DNA of 40,309 nucleotides from Mobula birostris. Lineage: Eukaryota. Under the pieces are notes generated by a model, which saw only the letters and a list, made by a program, of their open reading frames with translations, ran no database searches and was not told the DNA's origin. How positions within the stretch are numbered: position 1 is the first letter of the stretch; every line of letters begins with the position of its first letter. The position numbers and the translations under genes are program-made. Shown here one piece after another: positions 33,986 to 40,309 of this stretch. The stretch covers positions 97,115,604-97,155,912 of the forward strand of contig NC_092383.1 in the NCBI RefSeq assembly GCF_030028105.1, read 5' to 3'.

Positions 33986-35052
33986 GACAGCAGAGGAAGT
34001 CAGAGAATGGACAAGGCAGCTGAGAGAGCAGCAGACAGAGACGCTGAAAGAGACAAAGAGCTTCCTGGATGGGAATTCCCAGTGAGAGAGCTCGAGAATG
34101 TCTGCGGAGAAGAAAGAAACAGCGGGAGGGATGGAGTTGTCAGGGCTTTCTGATTCAGGGTGTGGACAAGCAGAGAACCCAGGAGTGACTACAATGATGG
34201 AGGGTCTGCACACCCACTCAACAAGTCTCAAACATATGTTCCAGCTCTCTACTCAGAGTCCCCCATTACAACTGGTCTTGCCCACCAAGCAGACATGAGA
34301 GAGCGCAGAGGAGGGAGGGGCCCCACCACGTACAGACTCTACATCTGCTTCTGGAACAATGGCGGCGTGCTCAGACACAGCAGCCACTCCGGTGTATTTG
34401 TTCATCCTGTACGTCTATTTTACATCCACAAGTCACTGCCGGAGACTCAGAACATCAGTTACTGCAGGACTACCCCATCAGCGACTTGCTCGATATTGAT
34501 GGAGCTGGACTTGTCGTGCACATTTGTGCCCAGAGTGTGCGTGGTCCTAAAAAGGTACGGTCGATTGCCTTGGACATTTCGTATAGTGATCGCAAGACCC
34601 TGCTGGACAACAAATACTGCAAGTTTAGTTTACTCATTCTTTGGAGAGACCAATGACGGGGGAGTTTGCATTGCTTTAGTTGTTGCGTGTAAAGATGTGC
34701 TGCTGGATCTCCAGATGACCATAAGATATAGGAGCAGGATTAGGCCATTTGGCCCGTCAAGTCTGCTCCGCCATTTCATCATGGCTGATCAATTTTACTT
34801 CTCAGCCCCAATTACCAGCCTTCCCCCTGTATCACTTCATGTTTTGACCAATCAAAAACCTGCCAACCTCTGCCTTAGATATACATAAAGAATTGGCCTT
34901 CACAGCTGCCTGTGACAACAAATACCACTGATTCACCACTCTCCAGCTAAACAAATTCCTCCTAAACTCCATTCGAAGAGGGTGCCAATCTACTTTAAGT
35001 TTGTCCCCTCTGGTCTTCGAAAATCCAACCATAGAAAACATCCACTCTATCA

Positions 35053-35712
35053 AACAACAGGAATTCTGCAGATGCTGGAAATTCAAGCAACACACATCAA
35101 CGTTGCTGGTGAACGCAGCTCTGTCCGCCAGAGAAAGCAGAATCTCCCAGTGGCCACACATTTTAATTCCACATCCCATTCCCATTCTGACATGTCTATC
35201 CACGGCATCCTCTACTGTAAAGATGAAGCCACACTCAGGTTGGAGGAACAACACCTTATATTCCGTCTGGGTAGCCTCCAACCTGATGGCATGAACATCG
35301 ACTTCTCTAACTTCCACTAAGGCCCCACCTCCCCCTCGTACCCCATCTGTTACCTATTTTATGCACAATTCTTTCTCTCACTCTCCTTTTTCTCCCTCTG
35401 TCCCTCTGAATATACCTCTTGCCCATCCTCTGGGTTCCCCCCCCCCCTTGTCTTTCTTCCCGGACCTCCTGTCCCATGATCCCCTCGTATCCCCTTTTGC
35501 CTATCACCTGTCCAGCTCTTGGCTCCATCCCTCCCCCTCCTGTCTTCTCCTATCATTTTGGATCTCCCCCTCCCCCTCCAACTTTCAAATCCCTTACTCA
35601 CTCTTCCTTCAGTTAGTCCTGACGAAGGGTCTCGGCCTGAAACGTCGACTGTACCTCTTCCTAGAGATGCTGCCTGGCCTGCTGCGTTCACCAGCAACTT
35701 TGATGTGTGTTG
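35053..35712 (+). mobile_element. 5'-truncated Penelope-like element with inverted terminal segment and 13-bp TSD
   Basis: GIY-YIG C-terminus NLPVATHFNSTSHSHSDMSIHG..LEEQHLIFRLGSLQPDGMNIDF. 32-bp inverted repeat 35088-35119 / 35681-35712. TSD ATCCACTCTATCA at 35040-35052 and 35713-35725. Confidence 0.88.
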
Positions 35713-36535
35713 ATCCACTCTATCATTCGTTTTACCAGTTGGTAGGTTTCAATTAGGTCATCCTGCATTCTTCTAAATTCCATTGACTATAGGACCAGAA
35801 CAATCAAGCACACTTCATATGACAAGCCGATTTATCCTGGAATAATTTTCATGAACCTCCTTTGTTCCCTCTCCAGTTTCAGCACATCCTTTTTCAGATA
35901 AAGGCTCCAAAACTGCTCACAATTCTCCAGGTGTGGTTTCACCAGTGCTTTATAAAGATTAAACATTTTATCCTTTCTTTTATGTTGTAGTCCTCGTAAC
36001 ATAGATGCTAACAGACTCAATTTGTGACTTAACCTTTAGGGAATCCTACACAAGGACTCCTAAATTCCTCTGCACCTCAGATTTTTGTATTTTCTCTCCA
36101 TTTAGAAAATCGTCAGTACTTTAATGTCTTCAGCCAAATTTGCATGACCATACACTTCTCAACACTGTATTCCATCTACCACTTCTTTACCCATTCTCCT
36201 AATCTGAGTTCTTCTGTAATCTCTATACTTCCTCAAAACTACCTGCCCTCCACCTATCTTCATATCATCTGCAAGCTTTGCAACAAATCCATCAATTCCA
36301 CCATCCAAATCCTTCACATATAATGTAAAAAGAATTAATCCCAACAGAGACCCTAATGGAACATCAATACTCACCGGCAGCCAACCAGAAAAGGCTCTCT
36401 TTATTCCCATTCTTTGCCACCTGCCTATCAGCTACTGCTTTAACCATGCACGAATCTTTCTTGTAATACCATGGGCTCATACATTGTTAAGCAGCCAGAC
36501 GTGTGGCACCTTCTCAAAGGCCTTCTGAAAATCCA

Positions 36536-37076
36536 CGTGAAACACTTTGGTTCCGTCGGCTATGTAAGTCTAGGGAAGACAATCTCCAGCCCGGCAAACG
36601 TGTGAGATTGAGGTGCACGCCGACCCCAAAACCCCGTTTGAGTGGATGCTGCATGATCTGTTATCCTGTTGCAAATAAGTATCACAACATAACAGAGAGT
36701 ACACTGCATACAATTAAATGATTTAGATTTATAATTCATAATTGACTAACGGGTTCGTAAAGAAAATCAAAAAACGAGGGCCTATTTTATTCTAACAGCC
36801 TAATGTGCACAAGTTGGAGCTCACGGTTTCCCCTTCGCCAATCTTCCTTTGATCTCCCTAGGTTTCATTGAATCATGGCCCCGCTCCAGTCGAGTCCTAC
36901 GATCTCTTCTCTCCAGTGTCTTCTCCCTTCATCTGCACCAAACCAAAGACCCAGCTCACACTGGTGTCAGGCACACAACACGAAAACTCACTCCCTTTAT
37001 TGGACGGCTCTGATTCCAAAACACCCGTTATCACTAACCATAACCCAAACACTGCATCTACAGAAAGACCATTACA
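36536..37076 (-). mobile_element. Possible solo LTR inserted in the right-arm CR1
   Basis: Non-CR1 block beginning TGTAATGG on the minus strand, with AATAAA motifs. No TSD found. Confidence 0.35.
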
Positions 37077-39201
37077 TTAGCTCTGCCTTTACCCTTGCAG
37101 TTCCTTAGCTCTATCCCCAACAACTCAACATCTTCTGACCCTATGTCACTTCTTTCTAATGATTTAATTTCATTTTTTATTAACAGAGCCATGCCAGCCC
37201 CTCTGCCTTCCTATCTATTCAGTGATGCCTACAATATCATATTTGCCAATCTGTAACTGTGCTACAAGTTTTTCAACCTTATTCCATATTCTGCCCGCAT
37301 TTAAATATAACACCTTTAGTTCTGAATTCACCTTTCTCGATTTTGAACACCTTTTACATTACAACTCTTCTTGTTGTTTGCAATTATTCCCTATCATGTA
37401 GGTCTCTCTGCTAGGAGTCTCACTACACATTTCATCTGATAGCACTTATCTTCAGCACTATCATTCCAGTTCCCAAACCCCTGCTGAACTTGTTTAAACC
37501 CATCCAAACAAGTCTAGCCAACCTGCCCACAAGGATATTGGAGACCCTCGGGATCAGGTGTTACCTGTCCTTTTTGTACAAGTCATAGCTGCCCCAGGAG
37601 AGATCACAAAGACCCATAAATCTGAAACCTTGCCTCATGCTCCAATTCCTCAGCTACATATTCACCTGTCAAATCGTCCTATTCTTACCCTCAGTGGCAC
37701 ATGGCACGGGCAGCAATCCAGTGAGTACTATCCAGATGGTCCTGTTTCTCAGCTTTCTCCCCAGCTCCATAAAACCTCTCTTCAGGACCTCCTCACCTTA
37801 TCAACCTATGTCATTGGTGGCAAGATGTTTCAGGATTTCTGCCTGCTCAGCCTTGCCCTTGAGATTGCCACGGACGGGAATCGAGATATCCCTGATTCTC
37901 GCACCAGGGAGGCAACATACAATTTGGGTGTCTCTATCTCACCCATAGAACATTTTCTCTGTTCCTCTGATGAAGGAATCTCCTATCAATACTGCAGTCC
38001 TCTTCACCTCTCTGCTCATCTGAGCCACAGCACCAGACTCAGTGACAGAGACCCGGTCATTGTGGCTCCTCCCTGATAGGTCACCCCCCTCAAGAGTATC
38101 TGAAGTTATTATTGAGGGGAATGGCCACAGGTGTACTCTGCACTGGCTGTACGTTTCCTCTCCTTCTCCTGGCAGTCTCTCAGTTACCTCACTCCTGCAA
38201 TCCAGGGGTAACTACCTCCTTCTAGTTATTTTCTATCTCTTCTCTTCTTCATTCTCCCGTATGAGTCAAAGGTCATCGAGCTGAGATCCTGTTTCTTAAT
38301 ATGTTCTCTCAGAAGCTGAAACTCAGTGCACCTGGTGCAGTTGTCTTTATCGGAGAGACTGGAGGTGTCCCAGACTTCCCACATACCACACAAAATACAC
38401 TGTCCCCGCAATTATTCTCACTACACTATGTGGATTGTCCAAATCAGATTTCATACTGGGTTGGGGTCTAAGATCTCCTGTCTGTGCTGCCCTCCAGTAA
38501 ACTTCAAAGTGATCAAAGTAAATTTTATTAATAAAGTACATATGTATCACCATATACAACCCTGAGATTTATTTTCCTTTGGGCATACACAACAAATCTA
38601 CAGAATAGTAACTAAAACAGAATCAATGAAAGATCCACCAGAGTAAAGACAAAAAAAACTGTGCAAATGCAAATATAAATAAATAACAATGAATGTTGGG
38701 TACATGAGATAATCAGATTATGAATCTTTAAAGTGAGATCTTGGTGGAAGAACATTTAATGATGGGACAATGAGGGTAGTTATCCTCTTTTATACAAGAG
38801 CTTGCTGGTCGAGGGGTAGTAACTGAAGGCATGGAAACTGGCTCTGTCACACCTATCCAATACAGTGTGATGGGGAGCTGGCAATACTACTCCAAACAAG
38901 CAAAGAGCACAAGCAGTAAACTCAAACACATCCCATTAACTCTCTCCACATCTCCAACCACAGTCTCTGTCCATCTCTTGCTCTCTCCCTCTCTCAGACT
39001 CCGTTCCTTTACTCACAACCTCTCTGTCTATCTCTCTCGTCCATTCAACTCCCTCTTTTTCATAGTCTCTGACCGCACGTCTCTTTCAATTTACCTCAAT
39101 TTCTCTTCAGAAGTCTCTGTGTCCACGTTCCTCTCTCGGTTTCTTAGTCTATGTCTCTCCCTCTCTGTCTGCATTTTTCCTCATTTCTCAAGATCTCTCC
39201 A

Positions 39202-39204
<3 letters not shown>

Positions 39205-39278
<74 letters not shown>
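39205..39278. repeat. Compound (CT)n(CA)n microsatellite
   Basis: Seen directly in the sequence. Confidence 0.98.
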
Positions 39279-39281
<3 letters not shown>

Positions 39282-39344
39282 GGAAATAAGAACAGGAGTT
39301 GACTTTGGCCCCTCAAGCTACCCAGCCTCTCGCACCATTGAATA

Positions 39345-40265
39345 TACTTAATACTTTATTGTCACCAAACAGTTGATACTGGAACGTACAATCATCACAG
39401 CGATATTTGATTCTGCGCTTCGTGCTCCCTGAAGTACAAATCAATAGTAAATATTATAAATTTAAATTATAAATCATAAATAGAAAACAGAAAAGGGAAA
39501 GTAAGGTAGTGCAAAAAAAAACCGAGAGGCAGGTCCGGGTATTTGGAGGGTACGGCCCAGATCCAGGTCAGGATCCATTCAGCAGTCTTATCACAGTTGG
39601 AAAGAAGCTGTTCCCAAATCTGGCCATACGAGTCTTCAAGCTCCTGAGCCTTCTCCCGGAGGGAAGAGGGATGAAAAGTGTGTTGGCTGGGTGGGTCGTG
39701 TCCTTGATTATCCTGGCAGCACTGTTCCCACAGCGTGCAGTGTAAAGTGAGTCCAAGGATGGAAGATTGGTTTGCGTGATGTGCTGCTCCGTGTTCACGA
39801 TCTTCTGCAGCTTCTTCCGATCTTGGACAGGACAACTTCCATACCAGGTTGTGATGCACCCTAGAAGAATGCTTTCTAAGGTGCATCTATAAAAATTAGT
39901 GAGGGTTTTAGGGGACAGGCCAAATTTCTTCAGCTTCCTCAGAAAGTAAAGGTCCTGGTGGGCCTTCTTGGCAGTGAACTCTGCTTGGTTGGACCAAGTC
40001 AGGTCATTTGTGATATTGACCCCGAGGAACTTAAAGCTTTTGACCTGATCCACTTGCGCACCACCAATGTAAATGGGGTTGTGCGTCCGCTACTCCTTCT
40101 GAAGTCAACAACCAATTCCTTCATCTTGCTGATGTTGAGGGATAGGTTATTGTCTTCGCACCATGCCACCAGGTTCTTAATTTCCCCTCTGTACTCAAAC
40201 TCATTACTCAAGATACGGCCTACAATTGTGGTGTCATCAGCAAACTTATATATTGACAATGGATG
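39345..40265 (-). mobile_element. 5'-truncated Rex1/Babar-like LINE (RT C-terminus plus DUF1891-type region)
   Basis: KFADDTTIVG..WCEDNNLSLNISKMKELVVDFRR and KFLGVNITNDLTWS..LYFLRKLKKF..FYRCTLESIL..SFFPTVIRLLN. Confidence 0.85.
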
Positions 40266-40309
40266 ACCTACCTCAGTCATCAACCCCCTCCCCCCTCCCC
40301 ACTCTCTGA

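Larger units (their letters stand above)
34715..38491 (-). mobile_element. Old CR1 (right arm) carrying nested insertions
   Basis: Reverse complement of the left-arm CR1 plus extra RT sequence (35726-36534); ctccag TSD at 34709-34714 and 38492-38497. Confidence 0.85.
31406..38498. repeat. Inverted duplication: arms 31406-33665 and 34390-38498, spacer ~724 bp
   Basis: Both arms contain the same diverged CR1, the same CTGGAG TSD and the same ~330-bp non-CR1 flank, in opposite orientation. Confidence 0.9.

Noticed and set aside
34160-34888. 242-aa ORF as a novel gene
   Set aside because: It runs from spacer DNA across the duplicated flank into an antisense CR1 tail. The other arm has a stop in this frame and mostly amino-acid-changing differences.

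Overview
This is vertebrate genomic DNA, probably from a cartilaginous fish (ray or shark); that call is inferred from the repeat families (CR1 with TTCTATG tails, an HE1-like V-SINE, Penelope-type elements). I found no prokaryotic genes, rRNA, tRNA or CRISPR. Most of the window is nested retroelements. (1) 1-12327 is a degenerate Gypsy provirus in a near-identical 7233-bp tandem duplication; the two units share one LTR and each carries a nested CR1 LINE (full-length in unit 1, 3'-truncated in unit 2). (2) 14251-18679 is an antisense Tf1/sushi-type chromovirus with a self-priming signature. (3) 25410-28661 is a solo LTR split by a CR1. (4) 31406-38498 is a ~7-kb inverted duplication. The main non-repeat finding is a multi-exon CD2/SLAM-family Ig receptor gene on the + strand, which I assembled by hand from splice sites: cysteine-free V exon 12615-12935, C2 exon 20063-20346, TM exon 20749-20879, and cytoplasmic exons 21034-21122 and 22555-22671. 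It combines an Arg in the N-terminal part of the TM with an ITIM (IIYTNL) and an ITSM (TEYAAV). As written, the gene has two single-base lesions, so it is either a young pseudogene or affected by consensus errors. A decayed paralogous C2 exon at ~30.8 kb suggests a tandem receptor cluster. All alignments and identities were done by eye.
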